Under the pieces are notes generated by a model. That model searched no databases. It worked only from the letters and a program-made list of their open reading frames with translations, and was not told the origin of the DNA. Below, piece after piece: positions 25,267 through 37,582 of a DNA stretch of 64,000 bases; the stretch's first letter is position 1, and every line of letters starts with the position of its first letter. The stretch is taken from the NCBI GenBank assembly GCA_036785375.1, contig JAWMAR010000008.1, positions 14,074,001 through 14,138,000 on the forward strand, given 5' to 3'. Both the position numbers and the translations under genes were made by a program. The stretch is from Leucoraja ocellata. Taxonomy: Eukaryota.

Positions 25267-25675
25267 NNNNNNNNNNNNNNNNNNNNNNNNNNNNNNNNNN
25301 NNNNNNNNNNNNNNNNNNNNNNNNNNNNNNNNNNNNNNNNNNNNNNNNNNNNNNNNNNNNNNNNNNNNNNNNNNNNNNNNNNNNNNNNNNNNNNNNNNNN
25401 NNNNNNNNNNNNNNNNNNNNNNNNNNNNNNNNNNNNNNNNNNNNNNNNNNNNNNNNNNNNNNNNNNNNNNNNNNNNNNNNNNNNNNNNNNNNNNNNNNNN
25501 NNNNNNNNNNNNNNNNNNNNNNNNNNNNNNNNNNNNNNNNNNNNNNNNNNNNNNNNNNNNNNNNNNNNNNNNNNNNNNNNNNNNNNNNNNNNNNNNNNNN
25601 NNNNNNNNNNNNNNNNNNNNNNNNNNNNNNNNNNNNNNNNNNNNNNNNNNNNNNNNNNNNNNNNNNNNNNNNNNN
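25267..25675. other. Assembly gap
   Basis: Run of N. Confidence 1.
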
Positions 25676-27567
25676 GGGCATCTCTAACAAGGCCATCAGT
25701 TATTGCGCATCCTTAATTACCAGAGAAAGTGGTGGCCAACTACCTTCTTGAACCACTGTAGTACTTCTAGTAGAGATATTCTTCCACTGTCATTGAAAAT
25801 GGAGTTTCAGGATTTACACCTAGCTATGACAAATATCCTTCAATATATATATTCAAAGTCACGATAGTGTATGACTTGGAGAGGAACTGCAGATATTGGT
25901 ATTCCCATGTGCCTGGTGAGTTTCTTGGTTGTGGAGATTTGGAAGATGATATTAGAGTCTCCTGGGTAGGTAACTATAATCTATTTGTATAAATATATAT
26001 ACTGCAGCCACGATGTGATGGTGGTGGAGTGAAGGGGTGTTTAGGACTCATTGGCAGATTGCCTTGTCCCGGTGATTTTTGCCCAATCTATCAGCTCCAA
26101 GTCCCCAACACAATTATCTTTCATCCACTGCTTTAGTTTGTTCAGTATATTGATATAAAAATGCACAAATGCTTTAGCTAGTTCAGTATATTGACGTGAA
26201 CTATTCAAAAGTTAGTAAATTTATGTAAATAGAAATGAAACGCAATCTAGACCAAAATCACAATATACCACTGATGAATTATTGTAGTTACCATTCTTAA
26301 AGACAATTATACAACCATGAATCCCTTTTCACATGTTTAGATATTAACAATTTCTTAGTAATGTACAGGGAAGAGGAGACCGTTTTTGTTTGTAACCTCA
26401 CCAATATTTGATCTAACCAAAAGCAGATTAACTAATTGATCATCTCTGCTGTAAAATTGCTCGAAATATAATGGCCGCTGCACTCCGTTACATTGATTTG
26501 AAAGTGCGTTGAGTCACTATGACATTATAATAAGGTTTTCAAGGAGAAAGAAATACAAATGTTCGTCATGAGCTTAAAGCAACTGTTTTGTTCAGAAACC
26601 ATCTGGTAATTAACATTTTACAGTTTGGGATATATCCTCTTCTCTGTTGTATCTCTTGTGATCCTCTCCTGAAGACAATGTTGGAAACAGCTCAAGTCGT
26701 AAAAAAAATATGAGTATCTTAGTGTATGCCACAGAATTTTGTCAGGACTGATCACAATTCTCTCCCCACACAAGGTGCATCTGTAATGTAGATTAGTGAT
26801 CTGGACATGGATTCTGGACAGGGCACAGGAAGTATCATTATACCATCACTGGCACCTTGGCCAAGATCATTCAATCAGCTGTGTTAGCACATATGAGCAG
26901 TTGTGTAAAAAAACACACAGATTTTCTCAGTTTAATTCTCCATTTGTTATATATGCCATTTTTGTACCCTTTATTCATTAACTTTGATTGAGATCATATT
27001 AATATTCAATTATCAAGGTAGAAATTATCCCCATGTATCTGGAAGGTTAAAAAATAACTTATTCACCTGACCTGATTGTATTTAATGAATTATTTTGTAT
27101 TTAAAAGTATTTTAAATGATTAGCATTTTGTTATTTAAATATTTGGCATTAATTGTCATTAATTGACTGAAGTAGTCTTTAAAATCTGCCGTCTTTTGAT
27201 GGTGATAATTTCGACAGGCAAGGTTTATGCACTATGAACTCAGCACTATGAACATTGATTTTGTGGTTTCCTCACCGATTTATGACAGGGCTTGCATATT
27301 GAATCTGATAATTGACTTTACTTCCATCATATTATAATTATGAGGTGTTAAGTAAAGAACTAAGAGGGATCTTTTAAATGAAAGCATTTAAAAAAAATTA
27401 CTGTAAAGACAGGAATATAGGATTTCAGGCAGAATTAGGGTCACGCTCTAAGAATCATTAAAATCAATGTACAATAGAATCAACTATTTGAACTCTGTTA
27501 TTGTAAAGAATAAAGAAGCCAAGAATTGCTTCACAGCAGTGAGAATTTAAAGTAATTTCAAAACTAT

Positions 27568-27663
27568 GGTAGACAAAAATGCTGGAGAACCTCAGCGGGT
27601 GAGGCAGCATCGATGGAACGAAGGAAATGGGCAACGTTTTGGGTCGAAACCCTTCTTCAGACT
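27568..27663 (-). mobile_element. Penelope-like terminal-repeat relic with hammerhead core (GAAA mutated to AAAA)
   Basis: The minus strand reads agtCTGAAGAagggtttcgacccAAAACGTTgcc. Confidence 0.7.
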
Positions 27664-28329
27664 TTCAAATTACGAGTGGTTTTAATGGAAAGAGAAAAAT
27701 TATTGCCTCTGACTGAAGGGTTTAATAACCAAACAATACTGATTTAAGGGGGGGACATTAGGTGCTTTTTTACGTCGACTTGATTTGGAACTTGCTGCAC
27801 TGCCTAAGTGGGCAGCAAATCCCTTTGCAACTTTCCAAAGAGATTTAGATAATAATTTGAAAATAAATGTAAACCTATGAGAAATGAGAGTAGTTGAATT
27901 AGTTGAATGTTTTTTTCAAACAGCTCGCACAGTGGCCTTGGCTGAATGGCCTGTGTGCCGTGAATAGGAGCCATTGTTCGACAATTGTATGATTGCTAGT
28001 TTGATTACATAGCATCTGAATATGATTCACAGTGAATGGGAATTAAGAATGGCTTTATGGATGGTGTAACCAAGAAGTACATTTTGAGGAGGCTTTGGAA
28101 GATGGAAGAAGTAGCAAGGTGAAGAATTTGGGGTGCAATGGTGTTATAGCTGAAAGCCTGCTTGTAATTGAATGGATGGTGTTGGTGGTGGGCGGGAGGG
28201 GTGGGGTCTGTGGTTAGGATTGAATCACAAAGCAGAACATATTCCAGACAAAATTGCGAAGATTAAATGGAGCCAACCTGAAATTTCCTTTTAATACCTA
28301 GGTAAGTGACTTTCCATAAATTTAGGAAA

Positions 28330-28880
28330 ATAAATTGCCTTGAATAGACCACAATGAGGATAGGCGACAAAAGATCCTGCATGATCATTCTCAATATTAG
28401 GGCCTCGCAAGGATATATTCTCAGCCACTGACTGTGACCCTGTGCGGCACAATTCTACTCTAACTCCGTTTACCGGTTTGCACATGACACCACCATAGTG
28501 AGCCGGAACCTGAACAATAATGAGATGGAGTGCGTGAAGGAGGTAAAGAATTGAGTAACGTGGCCGCAAGACAAAAACCTCTCCCTCTATGTCAGCAAGA
28601 CGTAGAAGCTAGATATTGACTTCAGGAAGTGAAGTGGCATACAAGCCCCTGTCTGCAGCAATGGTGCTGAAGTGGACATGGTCAAGACCTTCAAGTATCA
28701 CCAATAATTTTCCCTGGACCAAACACATTGAGGATGCAGCCAAGAAGGCAAACCTGTGTCTGTTCTTTCTCAGAAGACTAAGGAAGTTTTGCATGGTTCT
28801 GACGTCACTTACCAATTTCTGTAAGAAATTTCAGATTTGTGGATGTAGCCCAGTCCATTGTACAAACCAATCAGTGTTCC
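28330..28880 (+). mobile_element. Rex1/Babar-type LINE reverse transcriptase fragment (frameshifted)
   Basis: Degenerate motifs LNIRASQGYILS (~GAPQGCVLSP), RFAHDTTIV (~KFADDT), KNLSLYVSKT, IDFRK, WTKHIEDAAKKA and FFLRRLRKF. Confidence 0.8.
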
Positions 28881-29765
28881 TAAAAATGGCGACTGAGTGG
28901 TGGGGCAAACCCTGCCCTGAAACTATAAGTTGCACGCACAGGCTTACTGCTGTCAGAATTAGTGGTGTTCGGAAAGCTTATTAATGATGTTTGATGTCAA
29001 GAGTGTTTAATAATCATATGTACTGACAACGGAACATTGAAATTCTTACTGTCAGCAGCTTTACAAGGCCGGAAATATAATACACAGATAATATATAATA
29101 ATTTTTTAAAACTCAATAAAGATATTTCCTTAGTGAAACCAAAGTCCACAGAAGTTCAAAGTTGCTGAGATTAGTGTTGTGTATTGTTCTAGAGCCTGAT
29201 AATTGTTGGGAAGAAACTATTCTTGATTCTGGTGGTTTTCATGCTCCTGTACCTTGTTCCCGATGAGAGGCGCAAAATGAGAGCATGGCCATGATGGTGT
29301 AGATCTTTGATGATATTAGCTGCATTTTTGAGGCAGTGCTCGCTATCAGTCCCTTTGATGGTAGGGCGGTCAGTAAGTTCACAAAAGTTTTAAAATATTC
29401 AAAAGCAATTAAAAATCATCTTCCCAGCATGTTCTTTCAGTAATTTATTTGAGAGGTTGTAATATACCTGATTCGTAATTTCTCTCCCTCTTGGCCAAAG
29501 TTCTTCATTGAAAGGAATGGAGTTACCGGCTCAGCTTTCCCAGTTGGACTCCCACGAAAAGACAACATTAGACTGCAATTAGAATAATAACTGCAGGGAC
29601 CTTTCAGGAAGCATGGGACTTCCACATCCGTGCGAGTGATTAGGTTATCATTCTGGCACTTCTCAAAAGCAGATTGTCTACCACTGCCATATACTGTTGC
29701 TTACCTGCCATGAACTCCTATTATTAGATTTGGGTCCTCTGAGCATATGATGTATGGAGACATTA

Positions 29766-30472
29766 CAGTGCCTGTCCCACTTACGCAACCTTTACAGGCG
29801 ACCTTTACAGGCTGTATGGTCGTGAGAGGTCACCCGCGACATGTCGCCAGGGGTCGCCTGTATGGTCGTGAGAGGTCCCCTATTGTCATGAGAGGTCTCC
29901 AAAGAGTCGTAGCATCTTTCTGGTCACCTCTGAATTTTCAACATGTTTTTTAAAATTATTTATTTATTTATTTTATTAGAAGCAATTGTATAAGAATAAA
30001 GCAATCGGCATGAGAGTTATACAATTTTCGTACAGCTTCATTTTTAACATTTTATAAATTGATACATAAATTTAAAAAAAAGAGAAAAAAGGAAAGAATG
30101 AAGAAAAAGAAGAAAGATGCAAAAGAGAAAAAAAGACCCCTGAACTACCAAAGAAGTGCAAGAAGAAAAAAGAGAAATTAGAAAAAAAAACGGAGATATG
30201 CCCCACTGTCCTCCCCCCCCCCCCCCCCCCCCCCACTCACCTATCCCAAGCATCAGTTTTAAATTTGTATTCAACCATTCTGTTGTTGAAGAAATTCAGT
30301 GAAAGGAGACCATGTTTTGGAGAATTGGTCTACTTTATCAGCCAAAACAAGCCTAATATTTTCTAAATGGAGTATCTCGGACATGTGAATTTTTAACATG
30401 TTGAAAATTTCAGCGACCTATCACGGGTGCCGGCAGTCGCCTGTAAAGGTCGCATAAGTGGGACAGGCCCTT
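29766..30472. mobile_element. MITE with (AG)GGCCTGTCCCACTTA termini, interrupted by L1
   Basis: Left gcctgtcccacttacgcaacctttacaggcgac is the reverse complement of right gtcgcctgtaaaggtcgcataagtgggacaggc. TA flanks both sides. Confidence 0.8.
29948..30385 (-). mobile_element. 5'-truncated L1-clade LINE with 17-bp TSD
   Basis: The minus strand encodes MSEILHLENIRLVLADKVDQFSKTWSPFTEFLQQQNG* (fish L1 ORF2-like C-terminus), then a G-run/U-rich UTR and an AATAAA/A-rich tail. TSD tgaattttcaacatgtt (29931-29947) / tgaatttttaacatgtt (30386-30402). Confidence 0.8.
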
Positions 30473-30479
30473 TAGGCAG

Positions 30480-31050
30480 TCACACACTTCTCACTTTGAA
30501 ATCGTGCTATACATTGTACTCTGATTGTGTCCCTGACCAACTCTTCCTCTTCCTGTCATCTCCACAGTCGAACATAACTCCTGATTGTTTCTAGAAAGTG
30601 ATCAACCGTCCCCGTTCCTTATCACTATTTGCACTAATTTCCTTCCTTTCCAACATGGGCTTTCCTTGAGACCATTTCTAGTTCCCAATTGGCAGCTTAC
30701 AACCCCGCTGAATGAATATTGATTTCTCTAACTTCAAGTAACCATGCTTTCCTTCTCTCTCCATCCCTCCCCCACTCTAGTTCTCCGACTAGTTTCACTG
30801 TCCTGATAAATTTTACTGATTGTGTGCCTCCTTGTCACCTTCTGCTCAGCTAACAATGAACCATTCTATATTACCTTAGCATCGTCTGCTTTGATCTGTC
30901 GTTTTCACACACCCTTCCATATCTCTAGACTCCCTCTCCTCTGACTCTCAGTCTGAAGAAGGGTCTCAACCTGAAACGGCACCCATTTCTTCTCTCTAGA
31001 GATACTGCCTGTCCCGCTGAGTTACTCCAGCATGCTGTGTCTATCTTCAC
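30480..31050 (+). mobile_element. Penelope-like element 3' fragment: GIY-YIG end, UTR and terminal repeat with hammerhead core
   Basis: …IGSLQP/MNIDFSNFK* ends at 30741. CTGAAGA (30953)-agggtctcaacct-GAAACGGC follows. Confidence 0.8.
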
Positions 31051-31624
31051 GTCCTCTTTGATCTCCACTCTGCACAATGGGGAGAGATTTTGTAGAAAAA
31101 GTATTTGTATGAGTTTAGTTATGCAAAGTTTATTCTTCCAAGCATACTGCCTTTGGATCATGTGCCTGGGTCCTTGTGAATAACTGGCCTTCCACACATA
31201 TCCCTCCCGGTAAGATGTGTTTTTAGGCAGCAGGCAGTTTCAAGACCATTGATTCTTCTCATGTTACTGTGTAGCAAACAGATTGCACATCAGTGAATAT
31301 GAGACTGAAGGATGAGTAAAGCTTGTCGAAGAGCTAATTCTTGATAAAATTATTAAATCAAGAGTGTTTAATTGCCATATGTTCCAACAACAAAACAATT
31401 ACATTCTTAGTTGCAGCAGGTTAACAAGCCTATAAACACAATACGCCCAGATAACCGGAAATAATACTATATACAATAAATTAATAACAATAATACTAGT
31501 GCAAAGCAAAAAAAGCACAGTCCTTACTGCAACCAGACAGTCAATAGTTGAGGTTAGTGTTCTTGTAGTATTGGACGTGATGTTCTTAAGACCAGGATAT
31601 TTCAGTCATAACCTGCATATGATA

Positions 31625-32072
31625 GGTTAATTCCCGGGATGGCGGGACTGACATACTGTATGATGAAAGAATGGATCAATTGGGCCTATATTCACTGGAA
31701 AGTAGAATGAGAATGGATCTTATAGAAATATATAAAATTCTTAAAGGATTGGACAGGCTAGATGTTGGGAAATTGTTTCCGATGTTGGGGGAAGTCCAGA
31801 ACCAGGGGTCGCAGTGTAAGAAAAAGGGGTAGGCCATTTAGGACTGAGATGAAGAAAAAGCTTTTCACCCAGAGAGTTGTGAATCTGTGGAATTCTCTGC
31901 CACCGAAGGCAATGGTGGCCATTTCACGATGTTTTCAAGAGAGAACTGGATATAGCTCTCAGTGCTAATGGAATCAAGGGATATGAGGAGAAAGCAGGAA
32001 TGGGGTACTGATGTTGGATGATCAGCTGGCTCGTAGGGCCAAATGGCCTACTCCTGCACCTAGTTTCTATGA
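31625..32072 (+). mobile_element. CR1/HER1-like LINE 3' end
   Basis: Motifs RLIPGMAGL…LGLYSLE…DLIEIYKILKGLDRLD…FTQRVVNLWNSLP. Confidence 0.85.
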
Positions 32073-35000
32073 TAGTATTTTATTTGCTGTAAGCAATACA
32101 GTTTGTACAGATACTGATCAACCTGCAGTTTCTCCAGTAGATTGTTTGTTCCATTATAGTTTGTGCTTTTCTCTGAATATATTTGTGTCTGGAAGGCCAT
32201 GAGCACCTCCCAAAGCAGCTTTTAGATAATTAAGTACTTTTTTGAAATTGAGTTATTGCTGTGATATTCGGTTCTTGTGCCATGTAATTTCTTGTGGTGA
32301 TAACTACAGCTAATGTTGGGCAGTACGTTACTTCCCTGCCCCACATTGCTATTGTTGTAGCAAGGTGATGCAGCACACTGACCTGTTGTTTTTCATTGTT
32401 AACATTATGGGATAAGGGTTGTTTTGCCTGAGTGGCTGAGTATATACAGAAATCAATCATCAGTTTTGAACTGCATATGCGTCTGTGTTCACTCCTAACT
32501 TCATCATATTATAGTTATGAGTCTCTCTATTGTACGTTGTTTTATGGTTTTGAATGTCAGTGGAAAAAAGAAATAAATCCAACGAAAAACAAATCATAGG
32601 TTTAACAGAGTAACATCCGTACATACCGGAGATATAACCATGAGGTTTCATGAAAGAGATTGGGTTGGTTTGAGTTAGTGTATGTGAAACTGGATCATAA
32701 ATTTTTATACCTTTGGTGGGAAGTGATTCTCCAGATATGGCTGCTGCAGTGCATTGATGGAGGTTTATGAGTTGATGTTTATCAAGCACTTTGATTGCTT
32801 GCTGTGGTGCCTCCTCTTATCAGACGTTATCATTATGTCTAACCTGAAAAAACATTAAGTGGGCCTTTATGTTAATTTTATTGTTGATTATAATTAAGGC
32901 TGAACCATTAGGGCCCTTTGATGCCTCTTGCCTTGGTATTGTTTTTTGCCTTTTAAAAATAATTGTTTAACTATTGATCTCCTGTAATGGTGTCAGTGAA
33001 ACTGCCATACAGTTTCTTTGCCTTTTAATGGTCATCCTCACAGTTGCCAGATTGTGGTGGCGGTGGAGACGTGAGGGGTCGCGCGCGGTGTTGGGGAAAG
33101 GAGGGTTCTGCAAATTACTGTCCATTCTGTCCTATTGTTTGGAATGAATAAATTCCTCCCATTAGAGGCACGCTTCTGATCTCCAGAGGAAGAATTTTCA
33201 ACTTTCCCCACTACATGAAATTAGAACCGGAGATAGTCACAAAAGCTGGAGTAACTCAGCGAGTCAGACAGCATCTCTGGGGAAAATGCCCATTGAGCAG
33301 TTCAGGTGTTGATCCCTTTAAAGACTTGGTTTGTGCAATCATTCTTGATGGTGCTGAATGAAAGACAGCATTTCTGGCAGGATAGGACAGTGAACGTTCT
33401 CGGGACACGAACTGCCAGGCTGCAACCTTGGAGAAATATCCCAACATCACACAGCACATGAAAAACAACTTGCCATTGCCAATCAAATGTGTGGACTGAG
33501 GAGGCATTTCTCTCTATCTGGTGTGTTTAGAACATGTCAGGGAGGCTTTGGGAACTTTGGTGTGACAGTGGCTTCAAGCCCACTTACTCCAAATGCTGGC
33601 TTGGCATGCCTCCACCTGTAACTGGCATCTTATTTGCAATGCAATTTGTTACTTGACTGGGGGGGAGGGTGGAATCACTTCATTCCCATATCAATGGACT
33701 ATTTCAGTTAACGCACTGCCCTGAGAATTTGACAGGTCAAACATGCAATCTGACAGAGATGGATACTGAATGCTGGAGTAACTCAGATGGGCCAAAGGTC
33801 CTGTTTCTATTCAGCATAACTTTGAATCCCTGAGGCTATAGTGGTATTGCCTCCCGCAGATTCAGTCTGGGCACAGTGCTTCTTCCAAAGATAAAAAAGC
33901 TCTGCTTGGTCGGTTTGGGTTCCAATGTCTAGTAGCAATTGAGTGATCAATACGATCAACAGAAAAGCTGGAAACATTCAGTAGGCCGGGCCGCAGCTGT
34001 GGAAAGAGAAACAGAGTTAACATTTCAGATCAACGACTCTTTGTCCATATGTTATAGGAACAATAAGATTCAAGCTCTGGGTGGTGCGTTGACCCTCTCT
34101 GACCCTGCTCACCTTTGCAGGTGACCAGGGGAGACTAATTCCATTAGGTCCTGCAAAACATCTGCACCTCAGTGGAAGGTGAAAATGACAAAAGTAAATA
34201 TTTATTGGATTTAAGACTTTGCTTCTAACTGTCAACTGGAGGTAATTTAGTTCCTGCAAGAGGCATCACTCAGCATGAAAAATTCTCCATTGCATTGCTC
34301 AGTGTGAGACTAGTGTAATATAGCAGAAAGATTACCGGATGAGAATGGGAACTTGAATCTTGTCTGCTGGATGTGCAGTCATTATGGACAACTTCCAAGA
34401 ACATTCTGTTTTAAATCTCCTGTAGATTCAGTATATCGGGTCCTATTGAAATTGTATGTGTAAGATACAGGATTAAGTTTATTTTTCATATTTTGTATTG
34501 ACAGCAGAAAAAAAATTGGTTACATATTTCCATTGACAAGGATGCACTGTTTGGCAAAGTGAGTTTTCTAATCTTCTTTGTAACAGGTAAAGTGCGCAAA
34601 CAGAATGATACATCTTCATCTGTCAGTGCATGTTGTGATGCAGTAAGCAGCATTTCAAATAATACAGAGTATCACCCATGAACTTAAAGTAACTGGCCAA
34701 ATAAAACCTTTGCTTTCCTGTTAGAGAGAGCAATTGTCATTGGTGAATTGCAGAAAACAGAAGGAACCAGGTGCAGACTCCAAAACGCCTTCTCCTTCAG
34801 AACAAACTTCACTCTGCATTATCTTGAATTTTAAAACAAACTGATGAAGAGTGTGAAAGTTCTGAAACAAATACATTCAGAATGATACGGCCAAATAACC
34901 GGAATACTTTTATGTAGTCAGAACCGGGAACTCTGCATTTTTTAATATGTTCCTTTATATAAATTAGAAAGTATAGTCAACATTCGAGAAAAATATGTTG

Positions 35001-36590
35001 TGAATGTAGTGGTAGATTATTAATGCTTTTCTTTTTGTTGTAAAACAAGAGATTTAGGAAGTAAAGGTGTTTGAGAAATCTTTTTTTAGAGGATTGGACA
35101 GAAAGTGATGCTCAAGCCGTTGAAAACAAAAAGCACTGGGTCCAGGGCAGATCTCCCCAGTGCCACAGGCTAGAACTGATAAGGCTGACTGGTCACCGGT
35201 TTCCAGTTACAGGCATTGAGAGTTCTGAGAAGGCCTGGCGTCTCGTGTACTTAAAAGCTATCCGTGCCTGAGTGGAGACGGCCTATGCTTGGGGGTCGGC
35301 AGTGCAGCGAAGTGTAATCGATATGGTCTGGAGTCCTTGACCTGGGCCTGTAATTACCTTGGGAGGGATAAAGGCAGTTTGTTGTGGCAAATAGTGACTG
35401 CTTTCAGGTCCAATGAGTGTGGTTGTGCTCTGGGAACGCAGGTTGAAGGCAGAGAAACCCTGCCCTTTGGTATCATTGACAGCAGTTAGGATGGATTTAA
35501 TAAAGCAAGAAAAGGGTTTCTCACGATATACCACCTGTCTGTATACTGAGCACCATCCTGAGCAAATAATAATACATTTGCATAGATCAAGCTGCGATCA
35601 ACCTGCATATACCCACCAAATTATTTTGAAATAATAAGCTGCAAACTTTTCTCAAATTATTAACGCCCTGGCATTGTGTGGCAGTGCAAAATGTACTCCA
35701 GTCCAACTGCTATAATATATAATAACCACTTGTTACTGTTGGTAACTGATTAGTAGGTGTACTGAGTCAAGCCATTCAATACGTCTGTCCCTGTGCCAAT
35801 GGGAATGAAATTGAATGAGCTCAGAGTAGCTAATGTATCCAATAGCCATTTCCTTCAGGTTTTCACTAAAGACTAAATGCTCTGCATTACTATGGATAAT
35901 CCACGAAGATTTATGGACTCTGACATCAACAAGGTACCATTAATGTTTAAAAGAAGAAAATCTCCAGGGATAATAGCATCTACATCAGGGTACTAAGAAA
36001 GTATAGGCAATATCTGTGAAGTGCTGAGAGAAATCATGAGGGAGTAACTAACTGCTGGGGAAGCTCCACCAGTCTGGAAACAAGATGAAATCAGAAAAAG
36101 TGATGAATTACGTCTGAACAACTGCAGACCTATTTGTTTATATCAATAATAATGAATATAGATGATCAGAAGCCGATCTTGAGGAATACCTATCTGAGAA
36201 TTGTTAGATGATAATCCAATAAATGATAGTCATTGCAGTTTAAGAAAAAGATTCCCTCTCGTCACTACGTGATCATGATTTCATCACTTAATGTAAATTG
36301 ACTGGAATATTAAAGATAAAACCTGGAAAGTGATATTTTGGTCGAAGTGTCGGTGGGAGCAGCGATGACAGGACTGCTGGCATTCCTGCTGTTCCTAAGT
36401 ACATTTGGGAATTTCCTTCTACTTTTGATGACTACCCAAGAAGGGAAACACAGGAACAATTTCAAGCATTTGACATTTAAAAAGACTTTGGTGTGACTGT
36501 TTGCGATTAAAGTAAATTTGGCTTTGTATTATCTGGAAGTATAAGCTTTATTTCCCAAACAGAATGAGAATTGGTGTTTTTAATAGATTA

Positions 36591-37582
36591 CTAGACTAAG
36601 TGGGACATGTTGGGTCCCAGTCATACGGGAGGCCTGGTCCCCCAACGCAACCCATTCCCCAACGCAATATTCCACCACTCACCCATTCCCCCAACGCAAA
36701 CCGTTCCCCCAACGCAATATTCCACCACTCACCCATAGCCCCTAACTGCTCAGGTGCGGCTCATTTCCCCTCATCCCAAGGCACTCCCTTCCCCTCCTCT
36801 TCATGTGCAGGGGGGGAAGGGTTGTGGGGGCGGGTAGGGTTATGGGGGGACGGGCGGTGTGGGCGGGGGGGGGGGTTGCTGTCGGGGGAGAGGGGTGTGT
36901 GGGCAGGGGGTGGGGAGAGGGGAGGAGTAAGTTCGGATAAAAGACGGGGAAGAACCATGGGCAAGAGGGGGGTATCACGGGGGAGGGGGGATGGAGCCAG
37001 CGAGGGGGACCAGAGGAGTAGTGGCTGGAATTGGCGGTGCGATGGGGACTCACAGCGGGCGCTGGGCGCTGGTCATTCTACTCCTCCGGGATCAGAGTCT
37101 TCGCTTTCCGTTCGGCGACATCTCCGAATCCGGGCTGGGCTGGGCTGGGTCTCCGACTTTGGGCTGGGCTGGGCTGGGCTGGGTCGGGTCTCCGATGCTG
37201 GGCTGCTCGACGCTGGGCTGCTTCAGGTCCCTCCGAAAGTTGTGTCCGTTTGGAAACCTCTGCCAGCCATCCTCAGCTCCAGTAAAGACGCGATGGCGCA
37301 GGAAAGGGCGGGCCATCCCGGTGACTGAAAGGGGAAGAGACTTATCCGCGCGGTGTGAACGGCAGGAGAAGAGATCGATCTGCGCACGCGCCGTTTTAAG
37401 ATTTTTTAAACCTCACTAACTTTTACGACATTCAACCGATCGGAATGAAACTTGGTGCAATTGCAGCATAGGAGAACGGTGAGTGAACTGGTGAAAATCG
37501 TAGTGCTATCTTAAACCGTTTTTGCGCAAATAGAAAGACCGCACAAGATGAATACAAGATCAGAGTTTTAGTTATGTATAGA
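36591..37582 (-). mobile_element. Non-autonomous Helitron, full length (copy 4)
   Basis: The minus strand starts a|TCTATACATAACTAAAACTCTGATCTTG and ends gggacccaacatgtcccacttagtCTAG|t. Internal (GGGCT)n tract. Confidence 0.85.

Noticed and set aside
25217-25751. Long ORFs containing X runs (also 9408-9731, 18723-19076, 59053-59533)
   Set aside because: Open only because they span N gaps.
28330-28984. Intact reverse transcriptase gene or novel RT system
   Set aside because: Frameshifts, stops and a mutated catalytic motif (FAHD) indicate a dead Rex1-type LINE fragment.
36600-37419. 242-aa and overlapping ORFs; also the ORFs at 4821-5378, 19423-19778 and 43135-43559
   Set aside because: They lie inside GC-rich, low-complexity non-autonomous Helitron copies. 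They are open in several frames on both strands, lack Rep/helicase motifs, and frames are not conserved between copies.
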